This document shows, piece after piece, positions 1 through 13,633 of a DNA stretch of 64,000 bases; the stretch's first letter is position 1; every line of letters starts with the position of its first letter. The position numbers and the translations under genes are program-made. The stretch comes from Eledone cirrhosa (Eukaryota), in the NCBI GenBank assembly GCA_964016885.1, contig OZ024741.1, positions 280,488,001-280,552,000 on the forward strand, written 5' to 3'. The notes under the pieces were generated by a model. The model had not been told where the DNA came from. It saw only the letters and a list, made by a program, of their open reading frames with translations, and searched no databases.

Positions 1-3000
1 GTTCAGTTGAGGAGAAACCCAAATCTGTCTTAATGGCAGAACGACAACCAAGAAGCACGATTGGCAAAAATTCGGTCCAACGTTGCGGATCAGGAGTAGC
101 GCGGAGTGCAGCTTTCAACTGTCTGTGAAACCTCTCCACCATTCCGTTGGAGGCTGGGTGACAGTTGGTCGTATGAATATGATGAGCACCCAAAAGTCGA
201 GATATTTCACGAAATAAGGAAGCCTCGAACTGTCGTCTGCGATCCGTGGTTATTTTAGAAGGAACACCAAAGTGAGCAACCCAATTGGAAATGAAAGCTC
301 GGGCAACGGACTCGGCTGTTATGACCACTAGGGGTATGGCTTCAGGCCACCGAGAGAAACAATCGATACAGGTCAATATATATGTGAACCCATGACTAAC
401 GGGCCACAGACCAACAATATCCATGTGAATGTGACAGAAATGGGCGTCGGTGGGCTGAATTTACCAAGAGGAGCGCGAACATGCCGATAAATCTTAGAGC
501 GCTGGCACTTCAAATGAGAAAGTGCCCAACCGGTGATTAAACGACGCATATTAGGCCAGAAAAATCAAGCTGTAATAAGTTTCACCGTGGCAGCTATGCC
601 GGGATGCGACAAGGAATGAAGTGCATCAAAAACTGTACGTTGATGGCAATCTGGAACAAGTGGTCTGGGTGAGCCAGTAGAAATATCGCAGAGAATTTTC
701 CCTTCAGAAGATGGAAGAGGTAAATATTCCAATTTGCAGCAGGAGAACTGGTCAGATGAAATGTCCAACGAATCCAAAGTAGGTTGGTCAGTTGCCATGG
801 CAACCAAATCGATATGTGCAGGAGACGCAAGAGAACAAACAGAAAGTCAAGACAGTGCGTCTGTGGGTATGTTGGCAGCTCCGGCTATATGACGAATGTC
901 ACTGGTGTACTGGAAGATGAGATCCAAATGCCTATATGCCCTTGGAGAGTACCTGTCGGACTTGGATTGGAGAGCGAATGTTAGCGGTTTATAGTTCCAA
1001 AAAATGGTGGAAGTGCTTCATGGCAAGATAGACCACCAAAAGTTCTCTGTCAAAGGTGCTGTATCTCTGTTCCGCTGGTTTAAGTTGGCGTGAGAAAAAT
1101 ACAAGTGGTTAAACCTGATGGTTGATCGTATGTTGCAAAACTGCTCCAACAGCATGATCGGACACATCAACAGTTAAAGAAAGCCTCGCGTTTGCAACGG
1201 GATGCGCGAGGAAAGAAACTTCAGCTATTTCGGACTTGACGGAGTCAAATGATTGCAAATTATCGGCAGAAAGTGCAATGGGTGCATCTTTCTTTTTCGC
1301 ATCCTTTAAAAGCTGCGTCAAGGGGAATAACTTTTCAGCACAGTTAGGAATAAAATGACGATAAAAGTTAATTAATCCCAAGAAATGACGTAACTGTCTC
1401 AGTGAGGTGGGGGGTGCGATACGCTGAATCGCTTCCACCTTAGATGGCAGAGGTCGAATGCCTTCTGAATCTATAAGATGTCCAAAGAATTCCAGTGAAG
1501 CTGTACCAAACACACATTTAGCTGGGTTGATTCTGAGTTGGTACGATTGAAGACGTTGAAATAACTGGGATAGATGTTGATGATGATGTTCAGCTGTGTC
1601 ACTGGTTATCAAGAGGTCATCCACGTAAGCAAACACGAAATCCAATCCACGTGTGACTTCATCGATAAAACGCTGGAACGTTCTAGAGGCATTCCGCAAA
1701 CCAAAAGGCATGGACAGAAATTCAAACGAACCAAAGGGGGTGGTCACAGCTGTTTTTGGTATGTCTTCTGGATTTATGGGTATTTGATGGTAAGCCCGTA
1801 CCAGATCTATTTTAGAAAATATCTTACATCCATGCAGAACGGATGAAAAATCCCGTAAATTTGGTAAAGGATAATGATCAGGTGTAGTGATGGCATTAAG
1901 TCTTCGATAATCTCCCACCGGCCTAAAACCCGCTTCACCCTTTCGAGCCAAGTGAAGCGGAGATTCCCATGGGCTGGTGGAAGGTCGAATAAGACCGAGC
2001 TGAAGCATGTGCTTGAACTCATCTCTTTCTTTAGTCTGGAGCCAACCTTCATGGACGAGAGAAAACAGGCGGGCCAGTTGTTGTAATAAAGTGTTGAGTC
2101 GAGTGGACTACCTGATTAGGTTTATATGAGATGTCCGTTAACTCGGGGAAATGAGGCAAGAAGTGAATGAAACTGGTTTCCAGAGGCAGCTATAAAAAAT
2201 GAGGGGCTGACAACAGCAGCAGTAGACCTACAAGCAGGCATAAATAAAGATGTGGTGCCATCCATAAGTTTCTGTCTTCTGACATCTACCAAAAGTGAAT
2301 AATGGTGTAAAAGATCGGCACCGAGAATAGGATGAGGTAGGTCCGCAATGACGAAAATCCATTTAAAATCTCGACGCAAAGCTAAGTCCAACGATAAAGA
2401 TATTTGACCATAGGTTTTGATCGGAGACTGGTTCACTGCATATAAAGAAATGCCGGAAAAATTTGACTTGGTAGAGCTGAACCATAAAGGCCAAATACTG
2501 CAACTAGACCCTGTGTCCACCATAAATGACCTGTTTGAGACTCGGTCTCTGACGAAGAAAGCACGATAAGGTGAATTATTGAGGGAGAGGTCTGCCGTGC
2601 CCAGACTCTCCAATTTTAGTTTTCCGAGGCTTCGAAAGAGCAGGGCTGAATACAATGTTTCGCCTTTTTGCGAAAACGCACGTGATACCAACACAAAGAC
2701 GAGTTGTTGGCGGGGAAGTTGGCGCGACGATTAAAAGAAGGAGACCATCTTTGTGAATGCCACCTAGATGGCGTTCGCTCCCGACACAGTTTAGCTACTT
2801 GACGAGTTAACTCGTCAATGGCTCTCAACATTGAGTCCTCACGAGGTGAAGCAGGCTGGGTTTTAAAAGCAGAAGAAGTGACGACTGAATCAGCCGAAGT
2901 AGGCTCTCGAGAAAATTCCATAATGCGGTCCGCCGAGACCGCAATCTGTTCCAAAGAACTGGTGTCGACCATATTCGCCAATATGGTCTGCACATTTGTT

Positions 3001-3620
3001 GGCAAATAGGAGAAGAATAGCAGTTTAACGAAAGAATTTTCCTCTGCTGTTGAGTCGCGCAGTTCCCGGATACGCCGTACAAATTGAGACGGAGTTCTGT
3101 CACCCAGGTTTTCCTCTTCCAACAAGGAACAAAATCTACTCTCAGATGAGCGGCTGTTCCGTCTGAGCACTTCTGCCTTTAGGGTTTCGTAAGATGTGCC
3201 TTGTGGAGGATCTGTAATTATATCTTTAACTGAGGTTGCCAGCGAAGCAGGAATTCCACTGATAAGCACATGTAATCTCTGTTGTGCTGCTTGAACGCGA
3301 GTCCAGTTGTGCAAACCACAATTTGGCATCACCAGAAAATGCCGCCAATGAAGAATTGCTTATGATTAACACCGTAGACCCTGAGCGAGAATTTCTTCGT
3401 AGTTTCTTTTTTTTTTTCCAACTGCTGCACACGTGGTAGTACCATGAATAACTTAAGTAAAAAAATATAGCACCGAGCAAGTAAGATGGCGACTTCAAAA
3501 AACGAAAGCTTGGTTGAACCAAAGACACGAGGGACAATTTTTTTTTTTTTTTCTGTATTTTATACCCACATTCATGCTCACTGTTACGTCAAATATTTTC
3601 ACATCACGTCAGGGCACCAA
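1..3620 (-). mobile_element. Decayed Ty3/Gypsy LTR retrotransposon internal region (gag-PR-RT-RNaseH-IN), running off the window start
   Basis: Minus-strand frames in Gypsy order: gag (LWFAQL, LGDRTPSQF, CWYH..F...A..C..PC; ~2616-3360), aspartic protease (FMVDTGS; 2122-2694), RT ([29 protein letters not shown]; 1109-2008), RNase H, zinc-binding region and integrase (WVAHFGVPSKITTD, PASNGMVERFHR; 1-800). Multiple frameshifts and stops. Confidence 0.95.
3603..3619 (-). promoter_or_regulatory. Primer-binding site of the Gypsy element, complementary to the tRNA-Trp 3' end; 5' LTR expected immediately to the right (~3621 onward, outer boundary not resolved)
   Basis: Minus strand reads TGGTGCCCTGACGTGAT. 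The eukaryotic tRNA-Trp 3' end ...ATCACGTCGGGGTCACCA gives a PBS of TGGTGACCCCGACGTGAT. It sits upstream of gag, and there is a minus-strand AATAAA near 3773 in the putative LTR. Confidence 0.7.
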
Positions 3621-4569
3621 TTTAGTGAATTGGCCATAGGGTTATCCACTCCAGTAAATACCACTACATGCCAACCACTAATTTAACTTGTTTAGAAGAT
3701 GTAAAAGAAATGACGATGTAATAATTGAAGCATGACGAATATTTCAGGAACGAGTATCAATAACGACTTGTATTTATTGAAGTGTGCTTGTTACAATTTT
3801 GGTAGTAAAACGTACCTCGTGCCATGATATGGTGTAATGCTGAGATACAAGATAGGATTAGAACAAAACCATCTAAAATTATTAACTCTTTACATTCTGA
3901 GTTCACATCCTGCTAATGTTAACTTTATCCTTTTATCCTTCTAGGGTTGATAAAATACCAATCAAGTAGTGGGGAGGGTGTTGATATAATTGACTCTCCC
4001 CTCAAGTTGCTGGCCTTGCCTAAATCAGAAATGATTATTAAGATGGTATTTGTAATGTAAAGTAACAAAAAGTTCTTATATCAAATTATGTTTGAAGATA
4101 TTATTTTAAATAGGAACCCTTTAAAATAGATGGTTTTGTTTCATAGAAGTAGATGGTTTGGAGCAGGCTGGTATAAAAAAATGTTAAATCAACGTCCAGC
4201 TATAAAATGATTTATGAAAATGTCTACACCCTGCAAGAGAGAAGACTGCTCTGGTATGCACATGTGATGTGCAAGGATGATAATCACTGGGTGAAGAAGT
4301 GCCAGGAAATCCCAGTGGAAGGAAGCAGCAGTAGAGAAGACCAAGAAAGACCTAGGCAGAAGTGGTGAAAGCTGATCTCATATCGCTGAAACTCACAGAG
4401 GAGATGGTGAAGGAATGTGACAAGTGGAAAGACAGTGTGTTGAAAAGGACCCATCCAACCCATGCAAGTGTGGAAAAGCAGATGTAAAAATGACAACAAC
4501 AGTATTTTTATACAAGCATAGAAAATACATTACCTTTAGGAATTTATTCTGCAATCTATATATTAGTCA

Positions 4570-4750
4570 TTGCAGTATCAGTAGAGGGTCGGACGCCATG
4601 GTTTCCAGCATAGTTACGTCCCTTAATGATCTGAGTTCAAATCCCGCCGAGGTTGACTTTGCCTTTCATCCTTACCGGGTTCGATAAAATATAGTACCAG
4701 TAATGCACTGGGTAATTGCTGGCCTTGTGCCAAAAGTAGGAACAATTATT
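4570..4750 (+). mobile_element. tRNA-derived SINE, main family of the window
   Basis: B-box-like GAGTTCAAATCCC followed by the core GCCTTTCATCCTTAC..GGTCGATAAAATA.AGTACCAG (resembles the MetaSINE/Sauria-type central domain). Other copies at ~12700-12880(+), 14340-14550(-), 14815-15020(pair), 17075-17262(-), 17370-17515(+), 21385-21560(+), 21614-21830(+), 23288-23585(+), 30980-31350(- x2), 37090-37275(-), 37826-38005(+), 42960-43165(+), 55728-55915(-), 57045-57165(-), 62520-62820(- x2). Confidence 0.85.
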
Positions 4751-5149
4751 TAATATATTTGTGGCAAGTATAGCTTTATCACAGTAATGTTTCAATAAAC
4801 AGTGTTTGACCTGTTTTTAGTTTGTATTTCATTATTCAGCTAGTTTGTGTTAACTAGAACAATTGTAACAACATCTGCGTCAATAATATACAAATACAAT
4901 TTTACAAAAGCTATCCCACTCATGACAGCCTGAAAATGAAATAGATATAAAACGCTTTTTAAATGCACACACAATTGTTGTGGTATGGAAACTATTTTAC
5001 ACTGAAATTTTATAAAGAATATTCTTTTTAAGTAAAATTTATTTCTTAAATGAAAATCTGTATTTTTACTTTTTATTGTATTTATGGCAGAATTGTGAAA
5101 ACATGGGATACAATGTTTTGCGGTATTCATTTCAGCTTTCAGCTCTCTG

Positions 5150-5365
5150 CTCTCAATTCCCGCCAAGGTCAATAAAAAAAAAAGTACCAGTCAAGTACTG
5201 GAGTCAATTCTTCCTCTATATCTCTCTCTCACTCTCTATCCTTCTCTGGAAGAAATCTGCTATGTTCAGATCTGGAAAGGATTGGACTCCAGCAGGTTTA
5301 AAAAATGCCCCCAAAATGCTGTATATCAATATGGTGCCCCTACAACTCCATCGGGAGTTACAAGA
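5150..5365 (+). repeat. Interspersed repeat family (SINE core fused to a CTGGAAGAAATC...TTAAAAAATGCC...ATGG.ACC segment)
   Basis: Similar segments recur at ~7020-7330(-), 9560-9840(-), 43260-43480(+) and 62300-62500(-). Confidence 0.6.
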
Positions 5366-5419
5366 CCATGCACTCATGCATGTATTCAGACTATCTTGGA
5401 AAGAAGAAAGTCCTTAATA

Positions 5420-6628
5420 TAATTAATTCTGAATTAATTGATAAGCTAACTAAGAACATAGATTTTACATGTGGCCGGTGCTCTGGTGCAATAAGTAGCA
5501 GCAAGTGCCCACAAAATACTAGCTCCTTCAACTGCGCAGAGGGTTCTATAGAAATAGTGGACAGCTTCCGTTATCTGGGTGACAAAATCAGCAGTGGGGG
5601 AGGGTGCTCTGAAAGTACAGTAGCTAGAGTCAGAACTGGATGGAAAAAGTTCAGAGAGCTTATACCACTATTAGCCGCTAGAGGGTTCTCCCTAAAAATG
5701 AAAGGCAGGTTATACGATGCCTGCATACGAACAGCAATGCTGCATGGCAGTGAGACCTGGGCATTGTGTGCAGAGGATATACGCAGACTAGAGAGGAACG
5801 AAGCTTGCATGCTCCGCTGGATGTGCAATAGTAATATACGTGAACGGCAAAGCATAAACGAACTAAGGAAAAAATTAGAAATAAGAGGGATCAGATGTTG
5901 TTTACTCGAGAGAAGGCTACGTTGGTACGGTCACGTGATGCGCATGAAAGACGACAGCTGTATAACAAAGTGCAGGGCAATAAAGATAGACGGTAGCCAC
6001 GGAGTAGGCAGACCCAGAAAAACATGGGACGAGCTGATAAATTCCGACCTCACACGCTTACACCTCTCCAAGACAATGTCACTGGACCGAGACCTTTGGC
6101 GGTACTCAGTAATAGAGAAGACCCGCCTTACCTAAATACAAAGTAAAAACCTACTACAGTCAGTAGGCACCTCTATCAAAACACACCCCCGTCCCTCCAC
6201 ACCGACCCTTTCAATGTAAAGTTATGTTGGTCCCACAACATCCAGGCCGAAACAAATGAGATCGTGTAGGTGGCACGACAAAAAACACACAGTCCACGCT
6301 GTAAATGTGGCCGTGTAGGCAACACGGTAAAAACCTCCCAGCCCCACACTGTAAATGTGGTTGGTGTTAGGAAGGGCATCCAGCTGTAGAAAACCCGCCA
6401 GACAGTCCACGCTGTAATGTGGCCGTGTAGGCAACACGGTAAAAACCTCCCAGCCCCACACTGTAAATGTGGTTGGTGTTAGGAAGGGCATCCGACTGTA
6501 GAAATCCCGCCAGACAGTCCTATGCGAGCAAGACAACCACTCTTGCCTCAAGTGGGAAAACCCCCGTCCAAACCCATGCAAGCGTGGAACACAGACGCTA
6601 AACCTGATGATGATGATGATGATGATGT
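5420..6628 (+). mobile_element. 5'-truncated RTE-clade LINE (3' ORF end plus 3' UTR ending in (GAT)n)
   Basis: ORF 5305-6135 has VDSFRYLG, GWKKFREL, MLHGSETW, RRLRWYGHVMR and GRPRKTW. The 3' UTR carries a ~120-bp tandem duplication (6290-6520) and ends in CCCATGC...(GAT)n. Confidence 0.9.
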
Positions 6629-7557
6629 AGAGTGCTGGACAGCTTATTCCAGTTTTTTTGTTGTTAAGCAGTTGAAAGCCACCTTTCTCATTGGATAGAA
6701 ACCTCATCCACTGAAGGCTTCACTTGTTGATGGATTTGCACTCAATACTGCATGTTAATGAAACACTCATCAATTATAGGGTGCTCCTGCTTACAACAGT
6801 GAACTTTATTTATTCTAGGTGTACTAGAACATCATCTAGCTTAACACCACCACATCAATTTTTGATGCCTTTAGCAGAGTCCACTCTGTTGCATGCAGCA
6901 TTCAGACCAAGGGTCTCTGGTCTGAGAATAACTCATAAACATGGTTTCTTTCTCCTTTTCTTTCACCAATCTGGATGACCTGGGAAAAGTCATCAGTTCA
7001 GCCCTTTTTCTTATGAACCAGTAACTCCTGATAGTCATAAGGGTACCATAATGACATACAGCATGTCTTTTAAACTTAGCAAAGCAGATCCTCTCTCTGA
7101 GTTTGAACACAGCCGATTTTTTCCAGAGATGAAGAGAAAATGATAGAAAAGAAATGAGAAAAAGATAGAGGAAACATCGACTCCAGTACTGGACTGATAC
7201 TTTTTTATCAACCTTGAAAGGATGAAAGGTAAAGTTGAGTAGGATTTTGAACTTAGAGTGTAGAGAGCTGGGATGAATAGCCCAAATCCTTCTATCTGAC
7301 ATTCTAACAACTCTGCCAATTCACTGCTTTCTTCTTCCTTTTACTCAGCCATCAAATAGAATGTCTTGGTATATTTAGAAATTTTGTATAGAATGAAGTC
7401 TTGTATGCTACCACAATAATAACTCTTATTAATAAACTCTAAAATATCTTTTTAAAAGACGATCATTTGTAAACTGTCAAATATTTACTACCTCCACCAC
7501 ACATTCCAAAAACCTTGACTAAAAGAAAAGCTTCATCGAATATCTCTCTATTTACAG

Positions 7558-7632
7558 GTGCTTTCATTAGATGAAGAGTTAAATGTTGTCAAAGTTAAAC
7601 TCGAAGAATCAGAAACAAAGTGCCAAGAACTG
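7558..7632 (+). CDS. CCDC186: CCDC186 coding exon (first seen in window): VLSLDEELNVVKVKLEESETKCQEL
   Basis: tttacag|GTG...CTG|gtgaat, 75 nt, phase 0/0, coiled-coil heptad character, in frame with the next exon. Confidence 0.75.
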
Positions 7633-9021
7633 GTGAATACTTTTTATTTGTTGTAATGTTTTTATAATTTCATGTAAGGCCTATTTATTTACTTGTTATA
7701 ATCATCATTATCATCTGTGTATCTGTGTGTATATCATGACTCATGCACTGTTCATGATCCTGACATTTGTACATGTATTCTACATGCACCTTTGATGAGT
7801 TGTAGTGCACTTGAGCACTGTACACAATCATTTTCATTATTATCTTTATTTAACATCCATTTTTCCATGCTTGCATGGGTGACCACATCTTCCTCATACA
7901 GAACTGTTTCTGTCTTAGTTTCTACAACTGGATGCCCTTCCTAATGCGAGCCACATTTACAGCATAGACTGGATGCTTTGTATCATGGCACCAACATGGC
8001 CACCTTACTGGGTAGACTGGATGCTTGTTATCGTGGTACCAGCATGGCCACATTACAGGGTAGACTGGGTGCTTTTTGTCATTTTACCTATACAGGTGAA
8101 TGGGGTGCTTTTTGTCATGTCACCAATCTTAATTTCATGTAAAGCCTATATATTTACTGTTATAATGTTTATATAATTTTATGTAAGGTCTATTTATCAT
8201 CTAGTTGAAAGTGTTTATAGTTTCTTTTTCACAGTGAAGGCTTTTCATTCAAACTCTGTAGTTATATCTAAATTAAATTTACCTTAAATCTTTTGGTTCA
8301 TACTTTTTTCTAGCATAAATATTTATTATTTATGTCTTAAGAGGCAATTTAAAGGGCTGGTGTCAGGAATGATATCTGGTTGTAAAACATTGTCTTAAAG
8401 TGTCCTATTTAACCCATATCAGCAAGAAAAAGTGGACATGATGACAGCGACGGCGGCAGCGACAACTGTGTGTGTGTGTCATCAATTTTTTTTTTATTTT
8501 CCATGCTGGCATGGGTTGGACAGGTTGAAACTGTCCAAGACTAAATTGGTTGGAGGGCCACATCTTTCCCATGCATTCCATATTTGGCATGGATGGCCTT
8601 CCTAACATTAACCATATTACAGAGTGTACTGAATGTATTTTATTGTGGTATCGGCACTCAGGAGATTGTTGTGTTCTCAGCAGATTGGCAGTATTATAAG
8701 AGGCAGTATTCCCACAAATTGTAGAGTGTGAGAACGTTAGATGCAGGCCCCCAGCTCCACTTCAGTACTGACTTGGTGTGTAATGACTCCTCTAATCCTT
8801 GCTAGCAGGAAAGACAAATGTTTAAATGATGAGGATGATCTCTCAATTTCATTCTGCTTTTATAGAAGAGCAGGTTTTCTCCAGCTCCATGTGCTACCAA
8901 TCAGAGGCCCTACAAAGGGATAGGAGCACTGTCCTTCCCTTTCTAATTAAACTATTTTAAAAAGGCAAAGAAAAAAAAACTATTGTGACATAACTTTAAA
9001 ACCTGGTTTGTTCTTTCTTAG

Positions 9022-9106
9022 CATAAAACTTTGGTTGAAGAAACACAAAAATGGCAGGAAGAGAAGACTGCCCTTTCAACAGAACTATTAGAGAAGAGTA
9101 AATCAG
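9022..9106 (+). CDS. CCDC186: CCDC186 coding exon: HKTLVEETQKWQEEKTALSTELLEKSKS
   Basis: ttctttcttag|CAT...TCAG|gttagt, 85 nt, phase 0/1, matching the phase of the next exon. Confidence 0.8.
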
Positions 9107-10384
9107 GTTAGTATTGTGTTGTTATTTTTTAAATAATACTCTGTTTTAAGTGCTTGAAGCATTGTGTAAAGTGTAGAAAATAGTGTTTTATTAGAAGTCC
9201 ACTACAATGGAAATGGGACATTAATTGTTAAAAATATGAAGATGACAAAGATGTTTCTCAGCATAAGAGTCACCCAAGATATCCTTCTCAGAATTAATTT
9301 CCTCAATTGTTCTTTTGATGAAGAAATTTTATCCTGAAATATAAAGATCCCTGGTACGTTTTTGATTGACCTCAAAAGGATGAAAGGCTAAGTTGACCTT
9401 GGCGAGAGATGAACTTTTAGAGTACAGAGAGCTGGAACAAATACTGCAAAGCATTCCCTCTGACATTCTAATAACTCTGTCAATGCACCACCTCTGATTT
9501 TAGTTATTTTCTGCTAAATCATTACAGGATGTTAAGAGTTAATATATGCATGTATGAATCCGTAACTACTGAGAGTCATAGGGGAGCCATATTGACATAC
9601 AACATTTCTAAGGCATTTTTAAAACCTGGTGGAGCCCATCTTCTCTCTGTTTGTATCCAGCAGATTTCTTCCAGAGAAGGATAGTGAGTGAGAGAATGGA
9701 AGTGAGAAACAGATATAGAGAAAGAATCAACCCCTGTGTTAGACTCATACTTTTTTAACAACCTTGAATGGATGAAAGGCAAATTTTACCTCAGCAGGAT
9801 TTGAACTCAGAGAGCTGAAATGAATACCTCTACATTCTAATGACTAAGAATTAATGCAAATAGTTAAAAAAGGAAAGCATCGGGTTTAATGTAGTTTTTC
9901 TTTGGTGGATTGTATTTTCAAGAGAATTATCTGAAAAGAGTTATCTGAATATAATGTTTAATTGTTAAAGTAACACCCATCAGTCAAATATTAGCACTTA
10001 TTAGGTTAATGTCAGATTCAATCCATAATTTTATCAAAATTGAAGAACTCTTCAGTCATATCAAAGATGTGACAACCTCCTTAGTGCTGGTGCTATGATA
10101 AAACACACTCAGTAGAGCCTGGAAATGTTTTGTGAAATACAAGCCCCCAGCCCACCCGAGTACTCAGTAGGGTGGGTGAAGATATGTAAGCAAGATGTAG
10201 CCCTGAGGCCCATCTGAAAGATCAGTAGCTTTGCTTGAGTATTGACTTGGTCTGTAATAACCAGGACAACTTGCTATCAGGGAAAGCAGATGTTAAATGA
10301 CAACGACAATGACTAAAACTAACTAACTTCTGATATCTTTGTTAAACATTTTCTTTCCTAATAATTATTATATTATTATTATTA

Positions 10385-10415
<31 letters not shown>

Positions 10416-10427
10416 TTCTGTTAACAG

Positions 10428-10507
10428 TGGAGGAACTTGGAGTACAGGTGGAAGAAGCAAAAGATGATATACGAACTCTGAAAAGGAAACACACTAACAA
10501 CATTAAA
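10428..10507 (+). CDS. CCDC186: CCDC186 coding exon: (V)EELGVQVEEAKDDIRTLKRKHTNNIK
   Basis: ttaacag|TG...AAA|gtaagc, 80 nt, phase 1/0. Resembles the vertebrate CCDC186 segment KDELVTQRRKHASSIK as recalled. Confidence 0.88.
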
Positions 10508-10829
10508 GTAAGCTGCTAACTGAATTAAAATTGGTTTCAATTTTATCACAACCTCCTGTTTTATCTGGGAGTTTTGTTACTGTGATCAAGGTATCATGCA
10601 TATCTACAACAATTAAATAACACCACTTCTGTAGTTTCCTCACTTGTATGGGAACACAGAAAAAGTAATATAGGGCAGCTGCAATCTTGATTCTCTGGTT
10701 TCTTGGGCTGTTACATTCTGTATTGAAGAACCACTAAAGTCTTCCTTTTTCTGAATGACTTAGCTACAAGGCAGTTAGGGCAGAAAATAAATGATATATA
10801 CATTTCTTAAAGTCCTTCCAGTTGTCAGT

Positions 10830-11167
10830 TTTCTGGATGAGGTTGCTGTTTCTCCTATTTTCGTTGACATATTTGTTCAGGCTGTCTGTAAAGGTTGTTC
10901 TTTATCTTCCTTGTCTCCCCTTTCCAACGATCTTGCTACAAAGAATCAGCTTCTCCAAACCATTTCTTCCGTTTATGTAGCCAAAATATTCCAATTGCCT
11001 CTTTCTAATAGTACAGACAAGAGATCTTTTCATGCCTGCCAGTCTTAGGACTTTATCGCTGGTTTTCTTTTCCATCCAAGATATTTTGAATATTCTCTGG
11101 GTGAACCATTTCAGCAGTGTCCAGTTCCCGTGCATTTTATTGCTTATTGTCTCATATTCACAACCAC
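10830..11167 (-). mobile_element. RTE-type LINE 3' fragment abutting the next exon's acceptor
   Basis: Minus frame has KISWMEKKTSDKVL, IRKRQLEYFGYI and LEKLILCSKIVGKGRQGR. Confidence 0.75.
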
Positions 11168-11194
11168 TTTTTTTTTGTTTCTGCATTTTTATAG

Positions 11195-11365
11195 GATTTG
11201 ACAAGACAGTTAACTTTCACACGACGGAAACTTGAAAACTATGAAAATACTGGAGAAAAGGATAGCACAAGTCTTGGTTCTCGTACCAGCTCTAATGGCT
11301 CTCTAAACACACTTGATAACAATGTCCAGTCAACTGTGATACATAGAAATGGAAACCCAGACCAG
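11195..11365 (+). CDS. CCDC186: CCDC186 coding exon: DLTRQLTFTRRKLENYE...SLGSRTSSNGSLN...NPDQ
   Basis: ttttatag|GAT...CAG|gtcagt, 171 nt. Matches the family motif DLTKQL...RRKL...SMGSRSSSSGSLN. Confidence 0.92.
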
Positions 11366-11819
11366 GTCAGTAAACTGAAGTTGGGAGTTACTTCTACATA
11401 TTTGCTATATTTTGATAACCAGTTATTTAATCTCAACGTTTTAAGTATTCCATTTTACTGTCTGTCCTTTCACAGAATTACCATATATACTTTAATATAA
11501 GCTAGTATGACCCCCTATTTTATGTCCAAGAAATGCGCAAAAATCCAAACCACATAAGTTGAGGCAGCTAACCAGCACATACGTTTGGATGGTGTGATTT
11601 TGAAATTCTCATGAGTGGAGAATATTTATGATGTTTTAATATTTTGATATTTAAAATATTTTAGGTGTTGTTTAGAGTATAGTTTTTGTTTCACAACTCC
11701 ATTATATAATGATTTCTTTACCAATTTCTGTCTGTTTTGAAGGCCGTATTCAGTTAAAAAACAATAGGAAATATGAATTTCATGATTGAACTGAAACCTA
11801 TGTAATAGTCACCATCAAA

Positions 11820-11892
11820 TTCACCTCCAAAGTGAAGCTAGAGTAATATTCACCTCCAAAGTGAAACAGGTGTAATATTCACCTCCAAAGTT
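11820..11892. repeat. Short tandem repeat, ~29-bp unit x2.5 (TTCACCTCCAAAGTGAA...GTAATA)
   Basis: Direct inspection. Confidence 0.8.
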
Positions 11893-12159
11893 GGTGAAAA
11901 CCAGCAAAATATTAACCTTAGATATAAGCCAACCCCCATTTTTCCATCAATTTTTTTTGTCATATATTACAGTGTAAAATCCGTTTGGTTGATAATCGTT
12001 TGTTGTGTTGATCAGAAGTGAATTAAATTGATCATCGAAAGTAAATGAATCATTTATCAGTTTTACAGCATCTCTTTTTCTTTTTCTTTTTCTTTTTTTT
12101 CCTTTTTCTTTTTTTTTCTTTCTTTTTCTCTTCTTTTTCTTTTTCTTTTTCTTCTTAAA

Positions 12160-12670
12160 AATTTAGTTTTTACACCTACCTCCCTTCTTCTGATTACCAA
12201 ATGCTGAAGCTGGCACATTACTACACCAGTACCTGCAATTCTTGCACTTAATTCAGCCTCATGACTTCCATCACTCATGAACATTGCCCTGAAATACTTG
12301 AACATCTCCACCTGCTTCAGTGGAATGCCATTCACATATAGAGTGCACTGCGCAGGCTTCCTTGAGAGGACAAGTGTCTGTTTTCGCAGCACTGATTTTC
12401 ATTCAGGCCATGCAGCACTTGGCATCAAACCTGTCAAGTGCAAGTTGGAGATCCCCTTCTGTTGAGTTAATACCATGTTGTCTTCAAATTCAAGCTGACT
12501 GAGTTTATTCCCGCCAGTCATGGTACCACTTCCAACCTGACTGTGCATGCCAATCCTATTCATGAATAGGATTGGCATGCAGGAGAGGTGACAGTATGCA
12601 CCCTTGATGTAGTCCCACTTCCACATTGAATGGTTTCAATTTAGCACCGTTTATCTGAACACAAATACTC
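12160..12670 (-). mobile_element. RTE-type LINE RT fragment; related copy at 35960-36640(-)
   Basis: Frames contain LKQVEMFKYFRAMFMSDG and QLQHLVIRRREVGVK. The second copy has VEKFKYLGAVFTSDG, TYDHESWVMT and LHLRIEWSQL. Confidence 0.8.
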
Positions 12671-13347
12671 AGGCATTTGTATTGAGCATTGGATAAACTG
12701 CCATTGCAGTATTTGTTCCGGTGCTTTACATTCTGAGTTCAAATCCCACTGGGGTCAACTTTACCTTTCAACTTTCCAGGGACGATAAAATAAAGAACCA
12801 ATCAAGTACTGGGGTAGATTTAATTAACTTTGCCCTTTCTCCAAATTTGCTGGCCTTGTAACTAAATTTGAAATCAATATTTCAAGATTCAGCTAGCTGG
12901 CTTTAATGCTGCTGCTCAATAACAGGCTCCCATCACATGTTGGTTGTTCTCCCATAAGACTGGGGCCATGACAAAAAGCACATAACCCATCCTTTATGGT
13001 GGTAGTGTTGGTAATATGACAAAAAAAGCACTTGGTGCCCTCTGTAAGGTGGTAGTGCTGGCGCCACAAAACACACCCAGTCTACCATATAAGGTGGTTG
13101 GCATTAGGAAAGGCAATCAGCCATAGAAAGCCAAGCTAAAATTAGATCATATGAACAAGACATGTTCATCTGACCTATCTACTTCATAATGTGACAGCTC
13201 ATCTAACCCAAGCAAGCGTGGCTGACATTAAATGGTGTTGGTGATGATGATTGCATATTCAGATTATGAAACTGACAAAATATCTCTTCTCTTTAATTCT
13301 TTTCTCATTTCTACTGTAGTAAGTCTGTGGTTTTATTGTTTTTATAG

Positions 13348-13566
<219 letters not shown>

Positions 13567-13633
13567 TGAAAATATTGCAACTGTCAATGTACTGATGAAG
13601 GTGAATTTAAATGATATTTCATTTAAATTCCTT

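Noticed and set aside
6290-6520. ~120-bp tandem duplication and the GTGGTTGGTGTTAGGAAGGGCATCCAG motif as a regulatory repeat
   Set aside because: It is part of the RTE/SINE 3' tail that recurs across the window (e.g. 13.1, 39.4, 43.8 and 63.7 kb).
11198-11500. ORF-track proteins at 11198-11500 and 13357-13569 as stand-alone genes
   Set aside because: They are internal CCDC186 exons read through into introns.
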